Positions 22,403-33,215 of a stretch of 64,000 bases of DNA are shown in pieces; position 1 is the first letter of the stretch; the number at the start of each line of letters is the position of its first letter. Location: assembly GCA_965221955.1 (NCBI GenBank), contig CBDCTA010000029.1:384001-448000 (forward strand), written 5' to 3'. This DNA is from Gammaproteobacteria bacterium. Its GTDB lineage: Bacteria; Pseudomonadota; Gammaproteobacteria; UBA4575. Made by a program: the position numbers and the translations under genes. The notes under the pieces were generated by a model, which saw nothing but the letters and a program-made list of their open reading frames with translations, was not told the origin of the DNA and made no database searches.

Positions 22403-23275
22403 TTGCGAGGCAGGCTCGAAAAAAATATTTCTTTGGCGCGTTATACGAGTTGGAAAGTGGGTGGTTTGGCAGATGCTTTATATCAACCTGCAGATTTAGA
22501 AGACTTGCAGCATTATCTACAAACTTTAGATGTCTCCATGCCTGTTACTTGGTTAGGTAGGGGTACTAATGTATTAATAAGAGATGGTGGAATTCGTGGA
22601 GTAGTAATCGTGATGCATGGTTGTATGAATGCATTGCAAAAAATAGATGAAAATCTAGTGCGCGCTGAAGTTGGTGTGTCATGCGCCAAGTTGGCACGTG
22701 CGATTGCAGAATATGAATTGCAGGGTGGAGAATTTCTTGCTGGTATCCCTGGCACGGTGGGGGGTGCATTGGCAATGAATTCAGGCGCGTATGGTAGTGA
22801 AACTTGGAACTATGTTGTTGAAGTGGAGACCTTGAGTCGTCGAGGTGTGTTGCAAAAGCGTGCAGCGGATGATTTTGAGATTGCTTATCGTTCTGTAAAG
22901 GGGCTGGGTGACGAATGGTTTATCGCAGCTACATTTAGGTTTAACCATGGTAGTGGCGAGCAAGCAAAACAAACAATTCGTAAGCTATTAGATAAACGTA
23001 ATGCTGCTCAACCAGTAGGCGCAAATAGCTGTGGCTCAGTTTTTCGCAATCCCAAAAATGATTTTGCTGCTCGCTTGATTGAGGCATGTAATTTAAAAGG
23101 TTTGGCTATTGGTGGAGCACAAATCTCTAGCAAACATGCAAATTTCATTATTAATACGGGTGATGCAACTGCGAGTGATATTGAAAAACTTATTTTGCAA
23201 GTTCGAAGTACAGTTGAAAATGAACAAGGTGTGTCATTAATGCCCGAAGTTAAAATTATCGGCGAGGCTGCATAA
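22403..23275 (+). CDS. murB: UDP-N-acetylenolpyruvoylglucosamine reductase
   Basis: TSWKVGG, GRGTN, GIPGTVGG...MN.GAYG, GSVFRNP and KHANF motifs. The start is uncertain: TTG 22403, or ATG 22350/22362 if the A9 run at 22366-22374 is really A10. Confidence 0.92.
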   Translation: MRGRLEKNISLARYTSWKVGGLADALYQPADLEDLQHYLQTLDVSMPVTWLGRGTNVLIRDGGIRGVVIVMHGCMNALQKIDENLVRAEVGVSCAKLARAIAEYELQGGEFLAGIPGTVGGALAMNSGAYGSETWNYVVEVETLSRRGVLQKRAADDFEIAYRSVKGLGDEWFIAATFRFNHGSGEQAKQTIRKLLDKRNAAQPVGANSCGSVFRNPKNDFAARLIEACNLKGLAIGGAQISSKHANFIINTGDATASDIEKLILQVRSTVENEQGVSLMPEVKIIGEAA

Positions 23276-24240
23276 TGTCTATGCAAGATTATTCGCAGTC
23301 GTTAGGAAAAGTTGCCGTGTTAATGGGTGGGCAATCTTCGGAGCGAGAGATATCACTTAAAAGTGGTGCAGCTGTACTCAATGCGTTACAGGTAGAAAGC
23401 GTTCAGGTCGAAGCTATCGATGTAGATAAAAATATATTTGAAAAACTGCGTTCAGGTAATTTTGCACGTGCATTTATAGCTTTGCATGGCCCACTTGGTG
23501 AAGATGGTTGTATTCAGGGCGGTTTAGAGGTGATGGGTTTGCCCTACAGCGGTAGCGGAGTGATGGCATCTAGCATTTGTATGAATAAGTTGATGACCAA
23601 ACAGTTATGGCAAGGTTGTGATATTCCAACACCTAAACATCAAGTGTTGAGAGAGGGTACGAATGAAGATCAACTAATTTCACAGTTAGGTCTACCCATG
23701 ATTTTTAAGCCTGTATCACAGGGTTCAAGCGTTGGTATGACCAAAGTGAACGATAAAAGTGAAATTGCTGCAGCATGGGCCGATGCACGTAAATATGAGG
23801 AAACGGTGATTGCAGAACAATGGATCACGGGTAAGGAATATACTGTTACCATACTCAATGGAAGAGCGTTGCCAATAATTCGTTTAGAAACTCCAAACAC
23901 TTTTTACGACTATGAAGCTAAATATGAAGCTGATGACACGCAATATCACTGTCCGTGCGGATTAACTGAAGAATTAGAGAAAAAAATTCAATCACTCTCA
24001 TTGTTAGCATTCAATGCAACAGGGGCAACTGGCTGGGGTCGTGTGGATGTAATGTTAGATGATCAGCAGCAACCGTGGTTTTTGGAGGTCAATACAGTTC
24101 CAGGAATGACGGACCATAGTCTTGTTCCCATGGCTGCAAAAGCAGAAGGTATTAGCTTTAATGAGTTAGTAATTAAAATATTACAAACATCTTTTAAAGA
24201 AGATTCTAAGTTTATTTCTGAAGAGTGTGTTACGGCATGA
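23275..24240 (+). CDS. ddl: D-alanine--D-alanine ligase
   Basis: GGQSSEREISLKSG, LHG..GEDG, GSSVG, YDYEAKY and EVNTVPGMT motifs. Confidence 0.95.
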   Translation: MSMQDYSQSLGKVAVLMGGQSSEREISLKSGAAVLNALQVESVQVEAIDVDKNIFEKLRSGNFARAFIALHGPLGEDGCIQGGLEVMGLPYSGSGVMASSICMNKLMTKQLWQGCDIPTPKHQVLREGTNEDQLISQLGLPMIFKPVSQGSSVGMTKVNDKSEIAAAWADARKYEETVIAEQWITGKEYTVTILNGRALPIIRLETPNTFYDYEAKYEADDTQYHCPCGLTEELEKKIQSLSLLAFNATGATGWGRVDVMLDDQQQPWFLEVNTVPGMTDHSLVPMAAKAEGISFNELVIKILQTSFKEDSKFISEECVTA

Positions 24241-25064
24241 AGCGCAATAAACGTAAAACAACAAGGCGCAATTCAGTTAGGCGTAAAAAAACTTCTGTGC
24301 AAACTTTTTCATTGCGCGATGCTTGGGATGTAATTGTAGTGATTATGTTATTAATAATCATAGTGTACTTTTCTACTCATGTTCGAAATAATCAGCACTT
24401 TGTTGCAGCATGGCCCGTTATAGAGCATGTGAATATAAGTGGAGAAGTCGATGCGGTTGACCGCGAGGCATTAAAAGCTATTATTCGCAACCACAGTGCA
24501 GGTGGTTTTTTGCGTGTACAAATGGATCAACTTGAAGAAGCACTAGAAAAATTAACCTGGGTACATCAAGCGTCTGTACAACGATATTGGCCAAGTACAT
24601 TAAGTGTGAAAATTTTACAGCACAGCCCTATCGCTCGTTGGGGAGATACTGGGTTAATGAATGCTTATGGAAATTTGTTTTTTCCTACAGATGTTGAGTC
24701 GTTTCAAAATTTACCCATGCTTTATGGTGAAGAAGTTAGAGCGAAAGATTTAGCGCGTACTTTTGAAAATAGTATGCAACAGTTGAAACCATTAGGGCTG
24801 CAATTGCGCGGTTTGTTCGAAGATGAGCGTCAATCCAAACATCTAGTGCTGTCTGATGGGTTGATTATTTCAATAGGTGATGGAGAAGTGTCTGAGAAAA
24901 TTAATCGATTCATCACCGCATATGAGCAATATTTGGCTACAAAAATAACAGAAGTTAAAAAAGTCGATTTGAGATATACCAATGGTTTGGCAATCGAATG
25001 GAAAAGCCCTCAATTTGCCCAAAACTTAAATACAAATATTCATTCCATGGAACCTAATTTATGA
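24237..25064 (+). CDS. ftsQ: Cell division protein FtsQ
   Basis: Basic N-terminus, one TM helix, POTRA segment (L.WV..ASVQRYWP) and VDLRY.NG. Lies between ddl and ftsA. Confidence 0.9.
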   Translation: MKRNKRKTTRRNSVRRKKTSVQTFSLRDAWDVIVVIMLLIIIVYFSTHVRNNQHFVAAWPVIEHVNISGEVDAVDREALKAIIRNHSAGGFLRVQMDQLEEALEKLTWVHQASVQRYWPSTLSVKILQHSPIARWGDTGLMNAYGNLFFPTDVESFQNLPMLYGEEVRAKDLARTFENSMQQLKPLGLQLRGLFEDERQSKHLVLSDGLIISIGDGEVSEKINRFITAYEQYLATKITEVKKVDLRYTNGLAIEWKSPQFAQNLNTNIHSMEPNL

Positions 25065-26296
25065 GTCGCAAGGTTGATAAAAGCATGATTGTTGGATTGG
25101 ATATTGGCACTTCCAAAATCACAGCGATTGTTGGAGAAATTAATGAGGATAATCAGTTAGAGATTGTAGGTATTGGCTCGCATCCATCACGCGGCCTGAA
25201 AAAAGGTGTCGTAGTAAATATTGAGTCCACTGTGCAATCGATTCAACGCTGCGTTGAAGAAGCAGAATTAATGGCGGGTTGCCAAATACATTCTGTGTAT
25301 GCAGGTATAGCGGGCAGCCACATTCGCAGTATGAATTCACACGGCATCGTAGCGATTAAAGATCGTGAAGTTTCCTCAAGTGATGTGGAACGTGTCATTG
25401 ATGCTGCAAGAGCGGTTGCGATACCCGCAGATCAACGTGTCTTACATGTCATGCCGCAAGAATTCGTTATTGATCAGCAAGAAGGGATTCGTGAACCGGT
25501 TGGCATGTCCGGTGTGCGTCTTGAAGCAAAAGTTCATCTCGTTACCGGTGCTGAGAGTGCAGCACAAAATATTATTAAATGTGTGCGCCGTTGTGGTTTA
25601 GAAGTTGACGATATTATCTTAGAGCAACTTGCATCTAGTTATTCAGTATTAACCGATGATGAAAAAGAATTAGGGATTTGTTTGGTAGATATTGGTGGCG
25701 GTACTACTGATGTTGCGGTGTTTACCGAAGGCGCAATTAAGCATACTGCAGTCATTCCAATTGCAGGCGATCAAGTCACGAACGATATTGCCGTAGCCAT
25801 GCGCACACCTACTCAATATGCTGAAGAAATAAAAATTAAATATGCTTGCGCATTGCGCCAGCTTGCAAACCCTGATGACACCATAGAAGTACCAAGTGTG
25901 GGGGATCGCGAACCGCGTCGACTTTCACGTCAGACACTTGCTGAAGTAGTAGAGCCTCGTTATGAAGAATTGTTGTCATTGGTGCATGCAGAGTTACGTC
26001 GTAGTGGTTTCGAAGATTTAGTCGCTGCAGGTGTAGTGTTGACGGGTGGTAGTTCAAAAATGGAGGGTGTAGTTGATTTGGCAGAAGAAGTTTTCCACAT
26101 GCCAGTTCGCTTAGGTTTACCACAACATGTAATTGGATTAGTGGATGTTGTGCGCAACCCTATTCATGCAACGGGTGTTGGGTTGTTGTTGTTTGGGCAC
26201 AAAAATCAGCAAATGGGGGAGACTTCATTATTTAGTGAATCGAATGTCGGAAGTGTATTAAAGAGGATGAAGAATTGGTTTCAGGGGAGCTTTTAA
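25061..26296 (+). CDS. ftsA: Cell division protein FtsA
   Basis: VGLDIGTSK, VDIGGGTTD and VLTGG motifs; C-terminal amphipathic helix (KRMKNWFQGSF). Confidence 0.97.
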   Translation: MSRKVDKSMIVGLDIGTSKITAIVGEINEDNQLEIVGIGSHPSRGLKKGVVVNIESTVQSIQRCVEEAELMAGCQIHSVYAGIAGSHIRSMNSHGIVAIKDREVSSSDVERVIDAARAVAIPADQRVLHVMPQEFVIDQQEGIREPVGMSGVRLEAKVHLVTGAESAAQNIIKCVRRCGLEVDDIILEQLASSYSVLTDDEKELGICLVDIGGGTTDVAVFTEGAIKHTAVIPIAGDQVTNDIAVAMRTPTQYAEEIKIKYACALRQLANPDDTIEVPSVGDREPRRLSRQTLAEVVEPRYEELLSLVHAELRRSGFEDLVAAGVVLTGGSSKMEGVVDLAEEVFHMPVRLGLPQHVIGLVDVVRNPIHATGVGLLLFGHKNQQMGETSLFSESNVGSVLKRMKNWFQGSF

Positions 26297-26361
26297 GTTG
26301 CTCGATAAAACGAGCTCAGTGTTTTCTTAGCATGTAAATGTAAACTAGAGGAGAAAGTATC

Positions 26362-27549
26362 ATGTTTGAATTAATGGATGCGTACAGTCAGAGTGCTGTA
26401 ATAAAAGTAATAGGTGTCGGCGGCGGCGGCGGTAATGCCGTGCAGCACATGGTTAACTCTGCAATTGAGGGAGTTGACTTTGTTTGTGCAAACACCGATT
26501 CGCAAGCTTTAAAAAACACCAATGCTAAAACAGTGTTGCAGATGGGGAGCGAAATAACAAAAGGATTGGGCGCAGGCGCTAATCCCGTTGTGGGTCGTGA
26601 AGCTGCTATTGAAGACCGCGATCGTATTCACGATGTGATTGCGGGAGCAGATATGTTGTTTATCACTGCTGGCATGGGTGGTGGTACTGGTACTGGTGCG
26701 GCACCTGTAGTTGCGGAAGTGGCTAAAGAGTTAGGTATTTTAACTGTTGCAGTAGTCACTAAGCCGTTTCCTTTTGAGGGTGCAAAGCGCATGCAAATTG
26801 CTGATACTGGAATTGAAGAACTCAGCAAGCATGTTGATTCATTAATCACCATTCCTAATGAAAAGTTGTTGACGGTTTTAGGAAAAGATACAAATTTACT
26901 TGAAGCCTTTAAGTCTGCAAACGATGTGTTGCATGGTGCAGTGCAAGGCATTGCAGAGCTTATTACTTGTCCAGGTTTAATTAATGTCGACTTTGCGGAT
27001 GTGCGTACCGTAATGTCTGAAATGGGAATGGCGATGATGGGTTCTGGTTTGTCCGTAGGTACAGAACGTGCACGTGAGGCGGCAGAATCTGCCATTTCAA
27101 GTCCACTACTTGAAGATGTGAACATTTCGGGTGCGAAGGGAATTCTAGTGAATGTAACTGCTAGTACCAGTCTGTCAATCGGAGAGTTCGAAGAAGTCGG
27201 TAATCACATAAAAGGGTTGGCATCAGATGACGCAACCGTAGTTGTTGGCACAGTGATTGATGAATCTATGGCAGATAATCTTCGTGTCACTTTGGTTGCA
27301 ACTGGAATTGGTTCGCAGAGTATGGCAATGCCAACTCGACCCACTGTTAAGTTAGTCGAGACTAAGCCAAAAGTTGTTATCGAAGATCCAGCTGTGGCGG
27401 AAATGGATGAAGAGTTGGAAGTGCCGGTAGCGATACGAACGGAAAATCGTGCTAAGGCGGTCAATGAAGCGAGAACGAGTGAAAAAGAGGATGACTACGA
27501 TCTTGATTACTTAGACATTCCAGCATTTTTACGCCGCCAAGCAGATTAG
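26362..27549 (+). CDS. ftsZ: Cell division protein FtsZ
   Basis: VIGVGGGGGNA, GGGTGTG and INVDFAD motifs; C-terminal LDIPAFLRRQAD. Confidence 0.98.
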   Translation: MFELMDAYSQSAVIKVIGVGGGGGNAVQHMVNSAIEGVDFVCANTDSQALKNTNAKTVLQMGSEITKGLGAGANPVVGREAAIEDRDRIHDVIAGADMLFITAGMGGGTGTGAAPVVAEVAKELGILTVAVVTKPFPFEGAKRMQIADTGIEELSKHVDSLITIPNEKLLTVLGKDTNLLEAFKSANDVLHGAVQGIAELITCPGLINVDFADVRTVMSEMGMAMMGSGLSVGTERAREAAESAISSPLLEDVNISGAKGILVNVTASTSLSIGEFEEVGNHIKGLASDDATVVVGTVIDESMADNLRVTLVATGIGSQSMAMPTRPTVKLVETKPKVVIEDPAVAEMDEELEVPVAIRTENRAKAVNEARTSEKEDDYDLDYLDIPAFLRRQAD

Positions 27550-27567
27550 TGCTCATTAGTATTGGGC

Positions 27568-27580
27568 TAAGCAGTTGATT
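27568..27580. promoter_or_regulatory. Putative IHF-binding site in the ftsZ-lpxC intergenic region
   Basis: The reverse strand reads AATCAACTGCTTA, an exact match to WATCAANNNNTTR. Confidence 0.35.
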
Positions 27581-27816
27581 TATAGGCAACTCCTGGATGT
27601 CCTAATTGGAACTAAATGCCACATTAGAGTTCAAAGTTCCTAACGGCGTAATGGTAGGAATTGTGTAATAATGTTGCGGCTTTTTAATAGTACTTTCATA
27701 TAAATGAAATGAAAGGGCTAGATGTGCCGATAGGCGACAAAAGAGCATCCAAATAGGGGTGTCCAATTACGACCTGTAATCAAATAGGATTAGCGATCGA
27801 ATAGGACTTACGATCC

Positions 27817-28734
27817 GTGATAAAACAAAGAACGTTAAAGAATGTAATACGCGCAACTGGCGTGGGTTTGCATACGGGAAAAAAGGTTTATTTAACCTTG
27901 CGGCCTGCACCTGTTGATACTGGTGTGGTATTTCGTCGTATTGATCTTGACCCTCCTGTAGAAATTAAGGCTAGTCCTGAGAATGTGGGCGATACAAGTC
28001 TATCTACTACCTTGGTGGCTGGTGATGTGCGTATCTCTACTGTTGAACATTTACTTTCTGCAATTGCGGGTTTAGGTATCGACAATGCTTACGTCGATGT
28101 AAGTGCTGCCGAAGTGCCTATCATGGATGGTAGCGCAGGGCCTTTTGTATTCTTGGTGCAATCCGCAGGGATCATTGAGCAAAATGCGCCGAAGAAATTC
28201 ATACGTATTATAAAGTCTGTAGAAATTAAGGAAGAGGATAAGTGGGCACGCTTTGATCCTTTTGATGGTTTTAAAGTAGGCTTCACTATTGATTTTGATC
28301 ATCCCGTGTTTCAAGCCGCTCCGCAGAAAGCTGAACTGGATTTTTCTACCACATCTTTCGTGAAAGAAGTATCCCGCTCACGTACTTTTGGGTTTATGCG
28401 TGACTTTGAAACTTTGCGTTCGCAAAATCTTGCTTTAGGCGGAAGCTTGGACAATTCAATTGCGGTGGATGATCATCGCATACTTAATGAAGATGGCTTA
28501 CGTTACGAGGACGAGTTTGTAAAACATAAGATTCTTGATGCAATCGGTGATTTATATCTGCTCGGCCATAGTTTGATAGGTGCATTTAGTGGTTATAAAT
28601 CTGGTCATGCACTGAATAATAAATTGCTGCGACACTTAGTTGCCGTTACGGATGCATGGGAAGAAGTAACATTTGAGGATGATGCAGAAGATGTACCGAT
28701 TTTCTATAGTCGTCCGATTAGTGCGAGTTCCTAG
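27817..28734 (+). CDS. lpxC: UDP-3-O-acyl-N-acetylglucosamine deacetylase
   Basis: KQRTL...[33 protein letters not shown] and KSGH motifs. Confidence 0.97.
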   Translation: MIKQRTLKNVIRATGVGLHTGKKVYLTLRPAPVDTGVVFRRIDLDPPVEIKASPENVGDTSLSTTLVAGDVRISTVEHLLSAIAGLGIDNAYVDVSAAEVPIMDGSAGPFVFLVQSAGIIEQNAPKKFIRIIKSVEIKEEDKWARFDPFDGFKVGFTIDFDHPVFQAAPQKAELDFSTTSFVKEVSRSRTFGFMRDFETLRSQNLALGGSLDNSIAVDDHRILNEDGLRYEDEFVKHKILDAIGDLYLLGHSLIGAFSGYKSGHALNNKLLRHLVAVTDAWEEVTFEDDAEDVPIFYSRPISASS

Positions 28735-28780
28735 ACCACGAATTAGCAAACCCTTGTTCTCAGCCAAAGGACTGCTCTGA

Positions 28781-29218
28781 TCATCCCTTTTCACTACTCT
28801 GATAGCCTCGAGAGGCGAGGTGTTGAAGCGCTTTCTGCAGTTCTAAGTCTTTGATATCTTTGGCGCATCGGTGGATATGTTCGGCGCTGTTTGTGGACAA
28901 ATTCTCCGCTTTCATCGGATGGTTGCCACCATTGACTATGCTGCCTATTTTAACCTTTATTTGATTCAAGTATTCCTTTACAGTAAGACTTAGTTCTTGA
29001 TTCAGCTGCTTTAGTATCTCTCGTTGCTGAAATCGAATAATGCTCGCCCGATTAGGGTCATCTGTGATGATCGTGAGGGTGCGATTGTCGATCCCAGCAA
29101 CCCAACAGTGTCTAGCTAGGTCTTCAGGTAACTGCATTCTTACGCTCAAGGTGAGCCGATGTAGCAGTTTAGCTTTTTTTTGTAGATCTGCACTGATGTA
29201 TGAAGAAAATTTTTGCAT
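28781..29218 (-). CDS. DUF721/DciA-family protein
   Basis: LP..LA.HC.V...L segment. Occupies the usual opposite-strand position between lpxC and the M23 peptidase gene. Confidence 0.7.
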   Translation of the reverse strand: MQKFSSYISADLQKKAKLLHRLTLSVRMQLPEDLARHCWVAGIDNRTLTIITDDPNRASIIRFQQREILKQLNQELSLTVKEYLNQIKVKIGSIVNGGNHPMKAENLSTNSAEHIHRCAKDIKDLELQKALQHLASRGYQSSEKG

Positions 29219-29302
29219 CAGACTTTTACATGGATTGTAAATAATGTTGGTGATAACTATTGATGAACAGGGACTTAAAATAATAAGTATAATGAATTAA
29301 AA

Positions 29303-30211
29303 ATGAACATTATCATTTTCCCACGTCCGCAAACAAATCATATCTATGCAAAACCTTTGCATGGCTTAAATAAGATTGCTCTGTTTTTAGGAATTATAAC
29401 GGTTTCGGCGGTTCTGTTGGGTGGTGGATATTTACTTGGTATTTCATTTGGACACAAGACGATACTCAACGAATGGAAGGCGGATGTAAGTGCTCAAAAA
29501 GAACGCCTACAATTAGCTAAACATGAAAGTGAAACGCATGTAGATGCATTGACAACAAAAGTGGGCTTGTTGCAAGCGCACGTTAATCGTATTGATGCCT
29601 TGGGTAATATGTTGGTAAGTATGGCAGGATTAGATCAAGACGAGTTTAGTTTTGATTCTGTTCCAGGTGTTGGTGGTGCAAATGCTACTCTTGAGGGTGA
29701 GCAGCATGTGGATATGGAAATCGACACAGTACTTGCCAGGTTGAATACAGAAATTGAAAATCGTGAGCACCAATTAAAAGTATTAAATGATTTATTGATT
29801 GATGAAAAACTAGAGCAAGAGACTCGACCTCAAGGTCGCCCAGTGATTCATGGCTGGATTTCATCTTATTTTGGCAAACGTACGAGTCCATTCACTGGTA
29901 AAACTGAGACCCACAGAGGCGTAGATTTTGCAGGCAAGGAAGGCAACGACGTCGTTTCAGTGGCAGGTGGTGTGGTCACTAAGGCAGGCAAAAAAGGCGC
30001 TTATGGTTATCTTGTAGAGGTTGATCATGGCAACGGCTATGTAACGCGCTATGGGCATAATCAGATGGTTCTAGTTCAAGTTGGTGAAGCAATAAGACGC
30101 GGCCAAGTGATCGCCAAATTAGGTAGTACGGGACGTTCTACCGGTCCACATGTGCATTTTGAAGTAATCAAAGATGGTGCACGTATTAATCCGATGAAAT
30201 TTATCGAGTAA
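29303..30211 (+). CDS. M23 family metallopeptidase with N-terminal TM and coiled coil
   Basis: HRGVD, YGH and GRSTGPHVHFEV motifs. Upstream of secA. Confidence 0.9.
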   Translation: MNIIIFPRPQTNHIYAKPLHGLNKIALFLGIITVSAVLLGGGYLLGISFGHKTILNEWKADVSAQKERLQLAKHESETHVDALTTKVGLLQAHVNRIDALGNMLVSMAGLDQDEFSFDSVPGVGGANATLEGEQHVDMEIDTVLARLNTEIENREHQLKVLNDLLIDEKLEQETRPQGRPVIHGWISSYFGKRTSPFTGKTETHRGVDFAGKEGNDVVSVAGGVVTKAGKKGAYGYLVEVDHGNGYVTRYGHNQMVLVQVGEAIRRGQVIAKLGSTGRSTGPHVHFEVIKDGARINPMKFIE

Positions 30212-30447
30212 GAAAATCTCCGCCTGTAAAAACCAGCTAGTTGATCTTTATATAGCGATTTCTTTATTTACTTCTTTGTTAGTTCTTTTTTCACGCTAGT
30301 GTATAATTGCTAGCTTGCTTCTAACGTAAAACTAATATTCATATATCTAGATCTATTTTATCTGGCTGTAAATTTATCGAGTTGGCCTTTACTGAAAATT
30401 GTAGAGCCTAGGCCGAACTCTCTAATGCACCTCTAATCTAAGTAAGT

Positions 30448-33168
30448 ATGTTTCAGAAAATATTTGGTAGTCGCAATCAGCGATTAGTCAAACAATACAG
30501 CAAAACGGTTAAAAAAATTAACGCTCTTGAGGACGCTTATCAGGCCCTTGATGATGAGGCCCTAAAGAATAAAACCACAGAGTTTCGAAGCCAAATCAAT
30601 AACGGAACTAGTCTAGAAGAAATCCTTCCTGATGCTTTTGCAACAGTGCGTGAAGCCGCCAGGCGTGTCTTGGGTATGCGTCATTTTGACGTACAACTTA
30701 TCGGTGGCATGGTCCTTAATGAAGGCAAGATTGCAGAGATGCGTACCGGCGAAGGGAAGACTTTAGTAGCTACGTTGCCAGTGTATCTAAACGCATTGGC
30801 TGGTAAGGGGGCGCATGTTGTAACGGTGAACGATTATTTGGCTAAGCGTGATGCAGAATGGATGGGAGAGGTCTATCGTTTCCTTGATATGAGTGTTGGC
30901 GTAGTTACTGGTGGCATGATGCATGAAGAACGCAAACAAGCTTATGCTGCAGATATTACTTACGGCACCAATAATGAATTCGGTTTTGATTATCTGCGTG
31001 ACAATATGGAATTCGCTATCGAAGGTTGTGTTCAACGTGAGTTACATTTTGCGGTGGTGGATGAGGTTGATTCCATTCTAATTGACGAAGCACGCACACC
31101 ATTAATCATTTCAGGTCCTACGGGTGAAAATTCTGAAATGTATATGGCGATTAATAAGCTGGTACCAAAGTTAGTTCGGCAACGAGAAGAAGAGGGGCCA
31201 GGTGATTACAGTGTTGATGAAAAAAGTAAGCAAATTTTTCTTACGGAGGATGGTCATCAGCACATTGAAGAGTTGCTTGCGGAGCAAAAGCTGTTGGGTG
31301 AAGGGGAAACGCTTTACGACACAACTAATATAAGCTTATTGCATCACGTCAATGCAGCGCTACGAGCACATGCGTTATTCCAAAAGAATGTTGATTATAT
31401 CGTCAAAGATGGTCAAGTCATTATTGTGGATGAATTTACTGGACGCACGATGCCGGGTAGGCGTTGGTCTGATGGCCTGCATCAGGCGGTTGAGGCTAAA
31501 GAAGGTGTGAAGATCCAAAATGAAAACCAAACCTTAGCGTCGATTACGTTTCAAAATTATTTTCGTTTGTATGACAAGCTGTCTGGTATGACGGGTACAG
31601 CGGATACCGAGGCATTTGAATTTCAGTCCATCTATGGTTTAGAGGTAGTTGTAATTCCAACGCACCGAGAGATGGTGCGTGATGACATGGGTGATTTAGT
31701 TTATCTCACTCTAAATGAAAAATACGATGCGATTATTAATGATATAAAAGATTGCGTACAAAGAGGTCAACCGGTCTTGGTTGGAACGACTTCAATCGAA
31801 TCTTCTGAACTCATTTCGAATGTATTAACAAAATCTAACATCGAACATCAAGTGCTCAATGCGAAGCAGCATGAGAAAGAGTCACACATCATTACGCATG
31901 CAGGTATGCCTGGCAAAGTTACCATTGCAACGAACATGGCAGGGCGCGGAACAGATATCGTTTTAGGTGGTAGCTTAGATGCCGAATTGCAGGAAAAAGG
32001 TGAAGAGATAGATGGTTCTGAAACAGATGTGATTAAAGCCGAATGGCAAAAACGCCATGACGCAGTGATCAACTCGGGCGGTTTGCACATTATCGGTACA
32101 GAACGCCATGAGTCGCGTCGTATCGATAACCAATTACGCGGTCGATCGGGTCGTCAAGGTGATCCTGGTTCAAGTCGTTTCTATCTTTCGATGGAAGATA
32201 ATCTAATGCGCATATTTGCATCTGATAAAGTCCGCGGCCTGATGCAGAAATTAGGCATGCAAGCTGGTGAATCTATAGAGCATCCTTGGGTGTCAAAAGC
32301 CATTGAAAATGCGCAGCGTAAAGTGGAAGCACATAACTTCGATATTCGTAAACATTTGCTTGAATATGATGATGTTGCAAATGATCAACGTAAAGTGGTC
32401 TATGAGCAACGTCGTGACTTAATGCAAGAAGAAGATATTTCAGAAAATTTAGCTGCGATTCGAGAAGACGTTACTGATGTAGCGATTAGCGAATATTTAC
32501 CTCCTGGGAGTATGGATGAGCAATGGGATGTAGAAGGTTTAACTAATGTATTTAAAAACGATTTTGGTTTGTCTTTCCCTGTTCAACAATGGCTAGATGA
32601 AGATGATGCTGTTGCTGAAGAAGAAATTCGTGAAAGGATACATCAGCGTGTAGCTAAACTATTTCAGGAAAAAGAAGATCGTGTTGGTCCTGAAATAATG
32701 CGCCGATTAGAAAAAGATATGATGCTGAAAGTACTAGACAATCGTTGGAAAGAGCACTTAGCGGCAATGGATTATTTACGCCAAGGAATTGGTTTGCGTG
32801 GCTATGCGCAAAAAAATCCTAAGCAAGAATACAAGCGTGAAGCATTCGGCATGTTTCAGGAAATGCTCGATCAAATTAAGCATGAAACCGTGTCTTTAAT
32901 TTCTAGAGTTGAATTGCCAACCTTAGAAGAGATTAAAGCCATGGAAGCTGCACAACAGGTGCCGGAAAATATTCAATACCAACATGCAGAGGCAGATGAT
33001 GTATTACATCCTGAGCAAAGCCCAGCGAGTTCACCTCAAGCTGGGGAGCAAGAAGTTGAAGCTAAACCACAACCTTTTAAACGTACAGGGAAAAAGATTG
33101 GCCGTAATGATCCTTGTCATTGCGGTTCCGGTAAAAAATTTAAACAATGTCATGGTAAGCTGACGTAG
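30448..33168 (+). CDS. secA: Preprotein translocase ATPase SecA
   Basis: [38 protein letters not shown] and [11 protein letters not shown] motifs; C-terminal [18 protein letters not shown]. Confidence 0.98.
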   Translation: MFQKIFGSRNQRLVKQYSKTVKKINALEDAYQALDDEALKNKTTEFRSQINNGTSLEEILPDAFATVREAARRVLGMRHFDVQLIGGMVLNEGKIAEMRTGEGKTLVATLPVYLNALAGKGAHVVTVNDYLAKRDAEWMGEVYRFLDMSVGVVTGGMMHEERKQAYAADITYGTNNEFGFDYLRDNMEFAIEGCVQRELHFAVVDEVDSILIDEARTPLIISGPTGENSEMYMAINKLVPKLVRQREEEGPGDYSVDEKSKQIFLTEDGHQHIEELLAEQKLLGEGETLYDTTNISLLHHVNAALRAHALFQKNVDYIVKDGQVIIVDEFTGRTMPGRRWSDGLHQAVEAKEGVKIQNENQTLASITFQNYFRLYDKLSGMTGTADTEAFEFQSIYGLEVVVIPTHREMVRDDMGDLVYLTLNEKYDAIINDIKDCVQRGQPVLVGTTSIESSELISNVLTKSNIEHQVLNAKQHEKESHIITHAGMPGKVTIATNMAGRGTDIVLGGSLDAELQEKGEEIDGSETDVIKAEWQKRHDAVINSGGLHIIGTERHESRRIDNQLRGRSGRQGDPGSSRFYLSMEDNLMRIFASDKVRGLMQKLGMQAGESIEHPWVSKAIENAQRKVEAHNFDIRKHLLEYDDVANDQRKVVYEQRRDLMQEEDISENLAAIREDVTDVAISEYLPPGSMDEQWDVEGLTNVFKNDFGLSFPVQQWLDEDDAVAEEEIRERIHQRVAKLFQEKEDRVGPEIMRRLEKDMMLKVLDNRWKEHLAAMDYLRQGIGLRGYAQKNPKQEYKREAFGMFQEMLDQIKHETVSLISRVELPTLEEIKAMEAAQQVPENIQYQHAEADDVLHPEQSPASSPQAGEQEVEAKPQPFKRTGKKIGRNDPCHCGSGKKFKQCHGKLT

Positions 33169-33215
33169 ACAAGCTTCTGAATAAATCAGATATACGACTA
33201 AAATCAGTTTTTCCT

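Noticed and set aside
28781-30447. No secM upstream of secA; DUF721 and M23 genes instead
   Set aside because: lpxC-DUF721-M23-secA is the ordinary layout outside enterobacteria.
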